Below the pieces are notes generated by a model. The model saw only the letters and a program-made list of their open reading frames with translations. It was not told where the DNA came from and did not search any database. Below are positions 25,621-34,897 of a DNA stretch of 64,000 nucleotides, piece after piece. The stretch is from the IMG/VR virus record IMGVR_UViG_3300029288_000144, positions 1 to 64,000 of that record; one strand, 5' to 3'. The position numbers were made by a program, and so were the translations under genes. The stretch comes from a virus (Duplodnaviria > Caudoviricetes). Every line of letters begins with the position of its first letter. Position 1 is the first letter of the stretch.

Positions 25621-26034
25621 ATGAAGTTAAACACAGAGTATTCAGGAACAATTGCAAAGCATTCGTCGGCAACAAGAACCATTGTCAATTCCGACCCAAA
25701 GGAAGTGGTTCGCGTTTCGCAGATTAAGGTAAAGATTGATTATCAGCCGGGAATGCTTGATGATATTCTTGTTGGAGATGACCAAACAATTGCAGATGCT
25801 AATACTTACAAAACTTGTTCGTGGGACCAGCGAGTCGGAAGTTATGAATTAGAAATTAACGAAACGGCTCTTTGTGTTGTCATTAACAAGATTGACAGAA
25901 AGAATAAAGACGAAATGACCCAGGAATTGTATATTACCTTTGAAACAGCGGATGTTGAAAAGGCAGGATTCGTTGGGCATTATCTTCGTGACAAAGACAA
26001 TCCAGCAAAACTTACTCTCAAAAATCTGGAATGA
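25621..26034 (+). CDS. hypothetical protein, 137 aa
   Basis: GAGGT RBS. Confidence 0.75.
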   Translation: MKLNTEYSGTIAKHSSATRTIVNSDPKEVVRVSQIKVKIDYQPGMLDDILVGDDQTIADANTYKTCSWDQRVGSYELEINETALCVVINKIDRKNKDEMTQELYITFETADVEKAGFVGHYLRDKDNPAKLTLKNLE

Positions 26035-26594
26035 ACCAAAAAATAATTGATAAAACATTAGAGTTAAATCTATTCAAACCGAGCAAGAAAGTAAGCAATT
26101 ACTTTCTTGTTTATCAGGGCAATCCATTCTCTACATCGTATTATTTCACCGAATCAATCCCGTTTCATTACTTCCAACATATTTGTTTGGCGTTGACATA
26201 TTCAGAAACATTTATGGAACTGTGTGAATTCCGAGAAACAATTAAAAACTTATCATGTCCAATGGTTGTTTCAAACAAAAACAAAATCCATCTTGATAAT
26301 TTTTCTATTCTAAATTGTCAAAAAGATTGCGAGTGTGGAGCGTTCTCTCGTTTTTGGATTCGAACTAAGATTGAGAAAAATCTTATAATTTCTCATAGTT
26401 CACACTTTTCAAGAATGTTAAACGAATTGACCCCAAGTAAACAAACGTTGCTTATTAGAACCAATACATATAATAACAAATTCAAATATTTCGAATGTAG
26501 TAAACCATGTTGTTATGACTTTGAGATGAACAACTTCCAAGAAAATATTCAATTGCTTATTGAATTCACTAAACTATTCCTGGTAAAGAAATGA
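26031..26594 (+). CDS. hypothetical protein, 187 aa
   Basis: ATGA coupling on both sides. Confidence 0.7.
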   Translation: MNQKIIDKTLELNLFKPSKKVSNYFLVYQGNPFSTSYYFTESIPFHYFQHICLALTYSETFMELCEFRETIKNLSCPMVVSNKNKIHLDNFSILNCQKDCECGAFSRFWIRTKIEKNLIISHSSHFSRMLNELTPSKQTLLIRTNTYNNKFKYFECSKPCCYDFEMNNFQENIQLLIEFTKLFLVKK

Positions 26595-27203
26595 AAATAT
26601 TCTTACACATTACAGATTCTTATCAATTTGTTTTTCACAATCATCCAAAATTTAATGACCGCGATCGCCGATATTCCATAACAAATTGCCTATGGATAAC
26701 TTCCGAAGAGCTTGATTTGGAAGAAGAATTTTGGTATCTACCTAACGAAACAAATCAAAATCTGAACCACGGATATGAAACTTTCAAACGAAGAATGAAA
26801 TTGAAATGAAAATAAATTTATACATAAAAAACGATAATTTCTTTTTTGGAAAACCTTTTAGTATGCGTGAAGTTTTACGAATTGATTCCGGGGAAATTAC
26901 AGAGAATAAATTATATATTCCCAAAACATGCGACTATTATATTTCCGATGAATTAATTGAAGTGTATCATAACTTTGCTAAAAGAATGAAAATGAAAGTT
27001 CACTGATGAAAATAATATTAAAACAACATAGAGGTAATTTTTGGTTTGGAAAATCGCCCAAGCTTAATAGAGTTTTAATTGTAGACAACGGCGAAATTTC
27101 AAAAAATAGTTTTTACATTCCATATGAATCCGAATGTTTTCCAATTCTAACTTCTTACATCAAATTCACCAAAAGAATGAAACTAAAAACAAGAGGTGTC
27201 TAA
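26591..27203 (+). CDS. MKI array block 3: three ORFs (26591-26809, 26806-27006, 27006-27203)
   Basis: MKIFLH/MKINLY/MKIILK starts; RRMKLK/KRMKMK/KRMKLK ends; the last two are clearly similar. Confidence 0.75.
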
Positions 27204-27207
27204 AACG

Positions 27208-27692
27208 ATGAAAAAAAAATTAAATTTGTAGTAGAATCATACAAGAAGATTGAATCAGACTTAGGATTTTCTGTCCAAGCTGTTATGAATATGGTTCAGT
27301 CAGGAATTCAACAAGCAACTGGGTCACAAAAATCCGGAGATGTTTATGAATTCAAACTTCTATTCCCATATCATCAAAACGAACAAGTGACAAAAATGGT
27401 GAAAGAATTCAAAGATGTTTTCATCACCAATTCAAAACAATATCAATTTGATGATAATACCGGAGTTCTTGTTATTCATACAATTCCTTCCGAAGAAAAA
27501 GAAAAAGCTTGTAAGAAATTGATTCAACAGATTCTTGATAAAAATGATTTACAAGCTCTTTTGTTGATTAAACATCCGGATGATTTTGTTGCTAAACTCG
27601 CAGGAATGAAAATTAAGTATTTTGACAAGCAAGAATTCCAGACGGTAGAATCTTTGTTTCAAAACGACATGCTGGATTTATATGAAGATTGA
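27208..27692 (+). CDS. hypothetical protein with A9 tract frameshift right after the start codon
   Basis: GAGGT RBS, ATG-A9-TTAAATTTGTAG stops in frame 0; shifted frame IKFVVESYKKIESD... runs into ORF 27285-27692. Confidence 0.6.
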
Positions 27693-28020
27693 TTTGTTAT
27701 CTTTCAATGAGACAAATGTTGGTTTAGCAGCAATTGCCTACAAATGGGATATTTTGTTGTCAAATAAAGAATACTACGAAGTCAAAAAGAAACTTCCGGA
27801 ATATTTTCAAAATGGAGTTTCTTATTTGTTCGTAAAAGATACATTCAAAGATATGTATGTTCTAAGAGTTCACGCATATTTTGAAATCACTCCATTCAAT
27901 TCAAAAGAACATGCTGAGAAATATATGTCGGATGATAATGTTTTTCTGCTGTATTCTAAACATCCTATGATGGCTGAGTTGAATGATATTCGCTATACAT
28001 TGATTCAAGTAGGAGAATAG
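27682..28020 (+). CDS. hypothetical protein, 112 aa
   Basis: overlap-coupled ORF. Confidence 0.7.
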   Translation: MKIDLLSFNETNVGLAAIAYKWDILLSNKEYYEVKKKLPEYFQNGVSYLFVKDTFKDMYVLRVHAYFEITPFNSKEHAEKYMSDDNVFLLYSKHPMMAELNDIRYTLIQVGE

Positions 28021-28023
28021 ACA

Positions 28024-28722
28024 ATGAAGAAATTCAAAAGGTATACAGAAACGGGTTTGGGAATCTCCAACAACGGAAGACTTCTTTATCCAAATGAGAA
28101 TCAATTCACCCACATGTCCGCTGTGAATATTGGAGATTGTATTTTCACAGGAATTTCACCATATCAACCACCGTATATTTCTTTAGATTATGTGTGGATT
28201 GTAGAATCTCTTCCAATTATTAAAGGGGATGTGTGTTGTTTTGATGTTAAAAATATTAAAACCAACAAAACAAGTAAAATGTTTACAACCGATTTTAATT
28301 ATCATATTGCTAATTCTCCGATACAACCAACTAAAGAATATTTGAGTTACAACAAATTAACGCATGAACAAGTTGAAGAAATACTACAAGAAAAAACATA
28401 TGATAAAATCAAGAAAGAATATAAAGAACTTCCAAAAAGTAGTTTGAAAGATTTCCCTGATTTTGGTTATTATTTTTATGAACATACTAGCAAATACTAC
28501 AAAGAAAAACACTGTATACACGTATCAAAATTCGGAATCTTTGAATACGCACATCAAGTTGACTTAATTTCAAACAAAGTATTAAAAGGTAGTTGGAAGA
28601 AAAAATCAAATACATTGTTTACATATTTTACAAATACCAAATTCGAATTTTTCCGCAATTATGATAATTTGACATTTTCATATGATGTGTTTCCTAAATG
28701 TATTGTTGATAAGGTAGAATAA
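28024..28722 (+). CDS. hypothetical protein, 232 aa
   Basis: AGGAG RBS. Confidence 0.75.
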   Translation: MKKFKRYTETGLGISNNGRLLYPNENQFTHMSAVNIGDCIFTGISPYQPPYISLDYVWIVESLPIIKGDVCCFDVKNIKTNKTSKMFTTDFNYHIANSPIQPTKEYLSYNKLTHEQVEEILQEKTYDKIKKEYKELPKSSLKDFPDFGYYFYEHTSKYYKEKHCIHVSKFGIFEYAHQVDLISNKVLKGSWKKKSNTLFTYFTNTKFEFFRNYDNLTFSYDVFPKCIVDKVE

Positions 28723-28725
28723 ACA

Positions 28726-28998
28726 ATGGATTTTGACTTTATAAAACCCGACGGACCACTAGACAAATATGCGACACTATTAGCAAATCAGCAACACGAG
28801 GAGAACACAATGAGAAATCTTTGCGAAACAGAAGACAACAAATATAGACAAATGAAAGTTAAAGATTTGAAGAAGTTCTTAAAAAAGTTTGATGATGATA
28901 CTGAAATTCTTGTTGTTGATGGGGCGTGTTCTGGACAAGCACACCCATTATCTAATAGCAGCATTGATTATGACAACAACAAAATAATCATTAACTAA
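28726..28998 (+). CDS. hypothetical protein, 90 aa
   Basis: internal MKVKDLKKFLKKFDDDTEI pattern common in small phage proteins. Confidence 0.7.
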   Translation: MDFDFIKPDGPLDKYATLLANQQHEENTMRNLCETEDNKYRQMKVKDLKKFLKKFDDDTEILVVDGACSGQAHPLSNSSIDYDNNKIIIN

Positions 28999-29010
28999 GG
29001 ATTAGAAATC

Positions 29011-29544
29011 ATGGGCTACCATCTTCGTCTCGCAAAAATTGAAAAAACTATGAAATCTCATTGTTCTGGTTTCAAAACATACAAACAAGTAATGAAACGT
29101 TTTATGATAGAGGATTTCTATGACCTTCCTACATATGAAGAACTAATTTATCTTGGAGATGTTACCGTCAACGAGAAAGAAAATTTCTTTGCTTTTGACA
29201 TTAAAAAATATGGTTATGATTTTCATATCATCTCCGAAAAAGAACTCGAAAATATCATCGAACAATACTATCAGCATGTTAGAAAATATTACAATAAACT
29301 TTATGACGAAGTTTCAAAAATGGCGAAAGACGAACCATTTAACCAAGGAGTAATCGGCTCTCATATGCTTTCAATGAGAAATAATTGGTGTGACGATATT
29401 TGTAACTGGCGACCTTACAATCTGAATAGAGACAAGGAAAACATCGTAAGTAGTGACAGATATGAATATGATGTTTTTGAACTTGTTCGGATTTTGAAAA
29501 CATTCGATTTTAAAAACAACTATCTCATTTTGTCGGGATGGTGA
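29011..29544 (+). CDS. hypothetical protein, 177 aa
   Basis: AAGGA RBS. Confidence 0.75.
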   Translation: MGYHLRLAKIEKTMKSHCSGFKTYKQVMKRFMIEDFYDLPTYEELIYLGDVTVNEKENFFAFDIKKYGYDFHIISEKELENIIEQYYQHVRKYYNKLYDEVSKMAKDEPFNQGVIGSHMLSMRNNWCDDICNWRPYNLNRDKENIVSSDRYEYDVFELVRILKTFDFKNNYLILSGW

Positions 29545-29851
29545 AAATATTATTTGCCCAATTTGCGAAAATCTTGTTAAAAAACACACAAACAAATATT
29601 GGTGTGATATTTGTAATATAAAGTTTCCTTTAGATTTACAAAATAGAACATATTTTCGAACCAACACGGATAATCACCGAACAAAATTAAAAATAATTAT
29701 AAATCCGATACTAAGAAAAATACAATTCTGGACAGATAGACCGTTTGTTATTTCTTCTATTTGTCAATTGATTTTTCAAAATAATGATGAAAAAGTATAT
29801 GAATTTATAAGATACAAAATACAGCGCGTGAGATATATAAAGGAGAAAACT
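29541..29851 (+). pseudogene. Zn-ribbon ORF lacking an in-frame start
   Basis: open frame ENIICPICENLVKKHTNKYWCDICNIKF; GTG start is one frame off; frame runs without stop into 29852. Confidence 0.45.
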
Positions 29852-30061
29852 ATGAGTCTCATATTAAACCAAAAAGAAATAGACGAATGGAAGAAAAACC
29901 CTATTGGAAAACCACCAGCTCCAATTCTATCTGAACGTCCAGGAATAACATATCGGGAAGAAGGTTTTTTATGTTTCAACCCAAAAACGATTCACACAAA
30001 ACAAGTATTTGAAAATGGTGTTTGGGTAGAATACGACAAAGAAACAGGAGAAAAACTATGA
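29852..30061 (+). CDS. hypothetical protein, 69 aa
   Basis: AAGGAG RBS. Confidence 0.7.
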   Translation: MSLILNQKEIDEWKKNPIGKPPAPILSERPGITYREEGFLCFNPKTIHTKQVFENGVWVEYDKETGEKL

Positions 30062-30555
30062 TTGCTGAAAGATACATTGAAGTAAAAGTTGGAGTTTTCG
30101 AAGATAAAATATTTCCTTACAACGAATTAACTTTTGTTGAAGATGATTATTTTGGGAATCATTATAAATTTCCTGATGCTTCACATTCCGAGAAAATACA
30201 CAAGCTGACAACAATGGTTTGGGATTTGAAAAAGAAATGCTTCAAACCAACCACTGTTCTTTCTTATAACAATCCAAGCGCCGACAAGTATCAAATTGGT
30301 AAGAATTATCTAATCGAAACAAAACACGGACATTACAAAATTGATGAACTTGTTGATATTAAATTTGAATCTTACGACACTTCTTTTAAAAAATTCAAAG
30401 ATGTTGATGATTGGGAAAAGAAATATATTGGAGAAATTCCTCCGTTAGATAAAAACGAAATTGTTGAGATTCGCACGAATAAACCAACATTTGTTTTCAA
30501 AAATGGAAAAGAAACTGAATGGGAACATGAAATTAACTTTTTGGATGAGGATTGA
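30058..30555 (+). CDS. hypothetical protein, 165 aa
   Basis: AGGAG RBS, ATGA overlap. Confidence 0.75.
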   Translation: MIAERYIEVKVGVFEDKIFPYNELTFVEDDYFGNHYKFPDASHSEKIHKLTTMVWDLKKKCFKPTTVLSYNNPSADKYQIGKNYLIETKHGHYKIDELVDIKFESYDTSFKKFKDVDDWEKKYIGEIPPLDKNEIVEIRTNKPTFVFKNGKETEWEHEINFLDED

Positions 30556-30558
30556 TAC

Positions 30559-30948
30559 ATGCTAAAACAACTAACAAAAATGTCAATGCTTGATAGAGAA
30601 TTATACGTTCTTCAAGTTCTGATGTATCACTGCGAAAAAGAAATTGTGAAGTATGATTACCAGCTACCTTCATCAGAAACATTTAAGAAAAATAAAAACA
30701 ACGCCGAAGAAATTGTTAACATGATTCTTTATCGTTATGATTTATCGGAAATAAAATCTTCTAACAAATGTTTCAGAGAATTTGTTTATTTAATCGAAAA
30801 GTGTGATTTTGATTTGGATGAATACTTTGAAAATTATTGTAAACTAAAAGGAAGATTGCCATTGAACGAAATTTCACTTGGTTATAAAAAGCCATGGTGG
30901 AAAATGAGTCTAACGGAGTTGTTTCATTATATAACCAAAGGAAAATAA
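30559..30948 (+). CDS. hypothetical protein, 129 aa
   Basis: GAGGA RBS. Confidence 0.7.
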   Translation: MLKQLTKMSMLDRELYVLQVLMYHCEKEIVKYDYQLPSSETFKKNKNNAEEIVNMILYRYDLSEIKSSNKCFREFVYLIEKCDFDLDEYFENYCKLKGRLPLNEISLGYKKPWWKMSLTELFHYITKGK

Positions 30949-30955
30949 CAAACGA

Positions 30956-31138
30956 ATGTCGATCATATTAAAAGAATACATTAACAAAATAGAATATAAA
31001 ATGACTATTGAAGATACGATAACCAGTTTGGAAAGAATAATAAAAAGAGAACGCGCAAAATTAAAGAGAATACAAGATAAATGTGAGCATAAAAATATAA
31101 GAAAGGAATACAACAAATCAAAGAAAAAGATTAGCTAA
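30956..31138 (+). CDS. small coiled-coil protein, 60 aa
   Basis: AAGGA RBS; CEH motif. Confidence 0.5.
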   Translation: MSIILKEYINKIEYKMTIEDTITSLERIIKRERAKLKRIQDKCEHKNIRKEYNKSKKKIS

Positions 31139-32074
31139 ATCAACAGCTTCGTTAATCTTTTTCTCCATTTCTTTTTTCAATTCTTGTTTCACTTCTTGTG
31201 TTGATGGAAGCTTTTTGTTTCCGGCTTTGATTGGATCGAAAGCCCTCAACATCAACGCTTTAGCTTTCGGTGTTAACTTTCCATCTTTGTCTTTATAACC
31301 ACCGATATTTTCACGCACTCTGGCGATGAACCTTATCGACCTTGAAACACATTCGCGTTCAGATTGTGTGAGGTTTTTTGGAGCTTTTCCATTTGATATG
31401 TTTGAAGAATATTTAGATAAAATGTTTATCAACTCTTTAGCATTTTCTCTTCCGGTAGTAGCTGCTAATGATTCTTTGTTTCTCTCTTCATCAGTCCAGC
31501 CGGATTCTTTTCCATCTTCTGAATTATAAAAAGACCGTAATTGTGCCGAAGTCATGTTCACCATTTCCGAAAACTTAGCCCACAAAATTTCAATATCACT
31601 CGGAACTGTTGAAACGCGTTCTTTCTTTTCATCGGATTCGGATAAGTTGTTTTGTGTATTCAATGTTTGTTCCTCATCATTATTTATCTCTGATTCATTC
31701 ATTTTCTTTCGCGGGTCGTGTCCCCAAACAAGTAGAGATAATAATTTACGAGTCTTTCTTCCTTTATCATCTAATAGCTGGCCAGGATTCGCTTTCATGC
31801 GCGAGATGAAAGAAATTTGCGCTTTCATCCAGTCCAAATCATTCTCAGTCCAATCTTCAAACTTTTTCCCAAGCATTCGAATGATTGCTCTTGCCGAATC
31901 TCTTCCGCTTGTGATTTTTCCGCCACCAGCTCCAGCCGTCGCCGCTTCTTTTCTACTCAATCCAGCTTCTTTTCCTTCATCGGAATCCAGAAACTTTTGA
32001 ATTTCGTTAGCTGACATGTTAATCAGCTTTTTCCAAGTTTTATATTGCTCTTTAGTTTTTATGTCGTGTTCCAT
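31118..32074 (-). CDS. late protein with two DUF3140-like domains, 318 aa
   Basis: WKKLINMSANEIQKFL...GRDSARAII...SLLVWGHDP repeated as FSEMVNMTSAQLRSF...GRENAKELI...AFDP; TAAATA at 32080-32085. Confidence 0.75.
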   Translation of the reverse strand: MEHDIKTKEQYKTWKKLINMSANEIQKFLDSDEGKEAGLSRKEAATAGAGGGKITSGRDSARAIIRMLGKKFEDWTENDLDWMKAQISFISRMKANPGQLLDDKGRKTRKLLSLLVWGHDPRKKMNESEINNDEEQTLNTQNNLSESDEKKERVSTVPSDIEILWAKFSEMVNMTSAQLRSFYNSEDGKESGWTDEERNKESLAATTGRENAKELINILSKYSSNISNGKAPKNLTQSERECVSRSIRFIARVRENIGGYKDKDGKLTPKAKALMLRAFDPIKAGNKKLPSTQEVKQELKKEMEKKINEAVDLANLFL

Positions 32075-32100
32075 AACTATATTTATCAAAAGGAGATAAA

Positions 32101-33924
32101 ATGTCAGAATCAAGAATTAAACACTTAGTTGAGAAAATCACCGAATGGTCTACCGCCTATTACGAATCAGGAGAGTCGTTAGTTTCCGATTTAATTTACG
32201 ATGCTCATTTTGAAGAACTCAAGCAACTCGATCCTGATAATGATATTTTTAAGTCATGTGGAAAAGGATATGTTGTTGAAGTTTCTGAAAAAGAGAAATT
32301 CACACATCCTATTGAAGTTGGAAGTATTGAAAAATACCGTGACTTCAACAAGCTATTGGAAAAACTTGACAAAAACGCAACGTGGAGTTTTAAGCTTGAT
32401 GGAAATAGTTTTGTGGATTATTTCGCTTATGGTAAATTGGAGAACGTTGTTAGTCGTGGTTCAAACAACATTGGAATTATTAGAACTAATCGGTTTGTTG
32501 AATATGTGAATACACCAACAAAAATAGATTTTATTAAAGACAGAAAGCTTGTTGCTGTTCGGGGAGAAGTCGTAATTCCTAAGAACAAATATACAGAAGA
32601 GAATGGTTTTGATATTTCCAAATCAAGTAGGAATGCCGTTGCTGGTCTAACATCAAGAAAGACCGATTATTCCGAACTAAAACATGTAGATTCTGTTAAG
32701 TATACTTTTGTTGATTGTGAGACAGGTGAAGAACTTAATGATTTGAATTGGGAGAAATATTACAAAGTTGAAAAGCAGAAGCCTGTATATGTAGGCGGAA
32801 AAGCAATTACCGAAGAAGAACTAAAAGAATTGATGACAAACCATGAATATGAATGTGATGGAGTTGTTTTCAAAAATTCCGATGGCGAATTGTTTGCTTA
32901 CAAGTTTGAAGATGAAGAAGTTGTAACAAAATGTGTTGGTATTGAAATTACAATCGGGAGTGCTAACCGACTAACTCCCGTAGCATTACTTGAACCTGTG
33001 AATCTTAGTGGTTCAATTATTTCCAAAGCATCCCTGGGTTCAATGAAGGTCGCAGAAACACTTGGAGTCTTCCCACTCAAATCTGAGACATTTGTAGCCG
33101 TGGTTAGAAGCGGGGAAATCATCCCTTACATCACGCGGTTGGTTTCGTCTGAGGGTGAGGTTATCCAAAATGAAATTCGTTGTCCAGTGTGTGATTCTGT
33201 TGGCGAATACGACGGAGCACACATGTTCTGTAAAAATGAAGAATGTCCAAATATTGAAAGAGAGTATTTGTTTAAGTTCTGTTCTTTTATATCTCCAGAA
33301 GGGTTGAAGGAAAAGACTTTGGAGAAAATCTTTGACCATTATGATATCACATCTGTTTTAGAATTGGTTGAAAGCGAAGCTGGGGTTTGGGATATCACCG
33401 AAGTTGATGGAATTGGAGAATCAACGGCGGAATTGTTTGATGAAATGATTAACAATATGAATGGAGAACTTGATTCGAAAATCATCTACCAAACATTCAT
33501 CAACGGCTGTGGAAAAAGAGCATCCAAAGCAATTGTTAATTCCGGATTCTCATTTGAAGAATATGTTTCTGGTAATTATTCTTTAGAAAAACTTTACACA
33601 CTACCAAACTTCAATTCAAACATTATTGAAGAACTAGAAGATAAACAAGAAATGATTTCGGAAGTTTGTCAATATGGTTCGTATTTTGATGATGTTGAAA
33701 TTGTTGGTGAAAAGAAATTCTGTATCACGGGAGTTAGATTGTCAAAAGAACAATCTGAACAAGCTAAGAAAGCTGGATGGGATGAGAAATCTGTAGTAAG
33801 TAAGAATCTTGATGTTCTTGTTGTCAAAAACAAAACCTCAGCTTCTTCAAAAACAGAAAAAGCGAAGAGCCTTGGAGTCAAGATTGTTTCTCTGGATGAA
33901 TTTTTGAAAATGATTGAAAAATAA
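32101..33924 (+). CDS. ligA: NAD-dependent DNA ligase
   Basis: AYYESGESLVSDLIYD (domain Ia), KLDG, VRGEV, DGVV, RLTPVALLEPV, SGEIIP, C4 Zn finger, C-terminal BRCT (FCITG...SKTEKAKSLG). Confidence 0.93.
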   Translation: MSESRIKHLVEKITEWSTAYYESGESLVSDLIYDAHFEELKQLDPDNDIFKSCGKGYVVEVSEKEKFTHPIEVGSIEKYRDFNKLLEKLDKNATWSFKLDGNSFVDYFAYGKLENVVSRGSNNIGIIRTNRFVEYVNTPTKIDFIKDRKLVAVRGEVVIPKNKYTEENGFDISKSSRNAVAGLTSRKTDYSELKHVDSVKYTFVDCETGEELNDLNWEKYYKVEKQKPVYVGGKAITEEELKELMTNHEYECDGVVFKNSDGELFAYKFEDEEVVTKCVGIEITIGSANRLTPVALLEPVNLSGSIISKASLGSMKVAETLGVFPLKSETFVAVVRSGEIIPYITRLVSSEGEVIQNEIRCPVCDSVGEYDGAHMFCKNEECPNIEREYLFKFCSFISPEGLKEKTLEKIFDHYDITSVLELVESEAGVWDITEVDGIGESTAELFDEMINNMNGELDSKIIYQTFINGCGKRASKAIVNSGFSFEEYVSGNYSLEKLYTLPNFNSNIIEELEDKQEMISEVCQYGSYFDDVEIVGEKKFCITGVRLSKEQSEQAKKAGWDEKSVVSKNLDVLVVKNKTSASSKTEKAKSLGVKIVSLDEFLKMIEK

Positions 33925-33927
33925 CGC

Positions 33928-33956
33928 TTGCCTTGGAAAAAAGAATAGAGTATATT
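33928..33956 (+). promoter_or_regulatory. TTGCCT-class promoter
   Basis: TTGCCT-TGGAAAAAAGAATAGAG-TATATT. Confidence 0.7.
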
Positions 33957-34001
33957 ACAGCTAACCAAAGCCCTCTTCATTTGATCCAAAGGAAATCCAC
34001 A

Positions 34002-34274
34002 ATGAACAACCTTGGTGAAGCCGACCCCGTTCCTCCAGCAGAATGTGTCACGTTTAAGCCTGTTGGTATTTTTGGATGGGTCCGAAATGAGCACGGACAT
34101 TATCTGCTTGTCGAAACCTACGCCAGTTCTGTGTTGATTAAAATCATTCAGGATGACAAGGTTACTGCTTTTCAGATTTCTCCGGAGAAGATGCTTAAGA
34201 CCGTTGAAGATATTAAGGATGCTCTCGATTCTTGTTGTGATAGAACGAGAAACGATTATGCTATTCCGACCTAA
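34002..34274 (+). CDS. hypothetical protein, 90 aa
   Basis: AAGGA RBS below TTGCCT promoter. Confidence 0.7.
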   Translation: MNNLGEADPVPPAECVTFKPVGIFGWVRNEHGHYLLVETYASSVLIKIIQDDKVTAFQISPEKMLKTVEDIKDALDSCCDRTRNDYAIPT

Positions 34275-34897
34275 GTGTTCATTTTAAAATAAGGTTCAAA
34301 CGCTAATGGTAGGTGATAGTAATCATCTACCATTTTTGTTTTTGGCAACCGAGAAAAAAGATATTCATTTCGGGTGCTTCCTGTTTCACTATACCAAACT
34401 CTATATTTCTTAGCATATTGAAAGAACAAGAGATACGAGTTGGATGATAAAACATATTCTTCTAAATTTACAGGAAGATTATATTCTTTTATCATCTCTA
34501 TTGTATTACATTCACACTCATGCTCCACGTCCTGAATTTTTCTAACAACTCGTTCTACTGTGTTTGTATCAAGTTCAATGCTTTTATCAATCCAATCCCA
34601 AAATAATTCATACGCATTTTTATCATCAAAATCCAAATCTTTCCATTTCTTTGAATTATTTTGTTTTTGTAGAAAGTGGTTAAATTCGTGAGCAAGTGTC
34701 GAAACCCAATCTGTTTTATCAACGACGACCGCTAATTCTTTATCTGGTTCAGAATAATAACCTTCTACTTTGGAACCACCAATATATAAATCCTGTCCGA
34801 CAAACAATTTAAGATTGTGTCGCGCTGCTTTTAATTTCTTGTCAACATGTGCGACAAAATCATCTACATATTCATTTCCGGTCTCTATTTTTATCAT
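34271..34897 (-). CDS. putative zinc metallopeptidase-like protein
   Basis: TLAHEFNH (HExxH) plus downstream EHECE. Confidence 0.65.
   Translation of the reverse strand: MIKIETGNEYVDDFVAHVDKKLKAARHNLKLFVGQDLYIGGSKVEGYYSEPDKELAVVVDKTDWVSTLAHEFNHFLQKQNNSKKWKDLDFDDKNAYELFWDWIDKSIELDTNTVERVVRKIQDVEHECECNTIEMIKEYNLPVNLEEYVLSSNSYLLFFQYAKKYRVWYSETGSTRNEYLFSRLPKTKMVDDYYHLPLAFEPYFKMNT

Noticed and set aside
14878-27203. Diversity-generating retroelement as the source of MKI variability
   Set aside because: No reverse transcriptase in the window and no near-identical template/variable repeat pair differing at adenines; divergence is ancient and spread over all positions.
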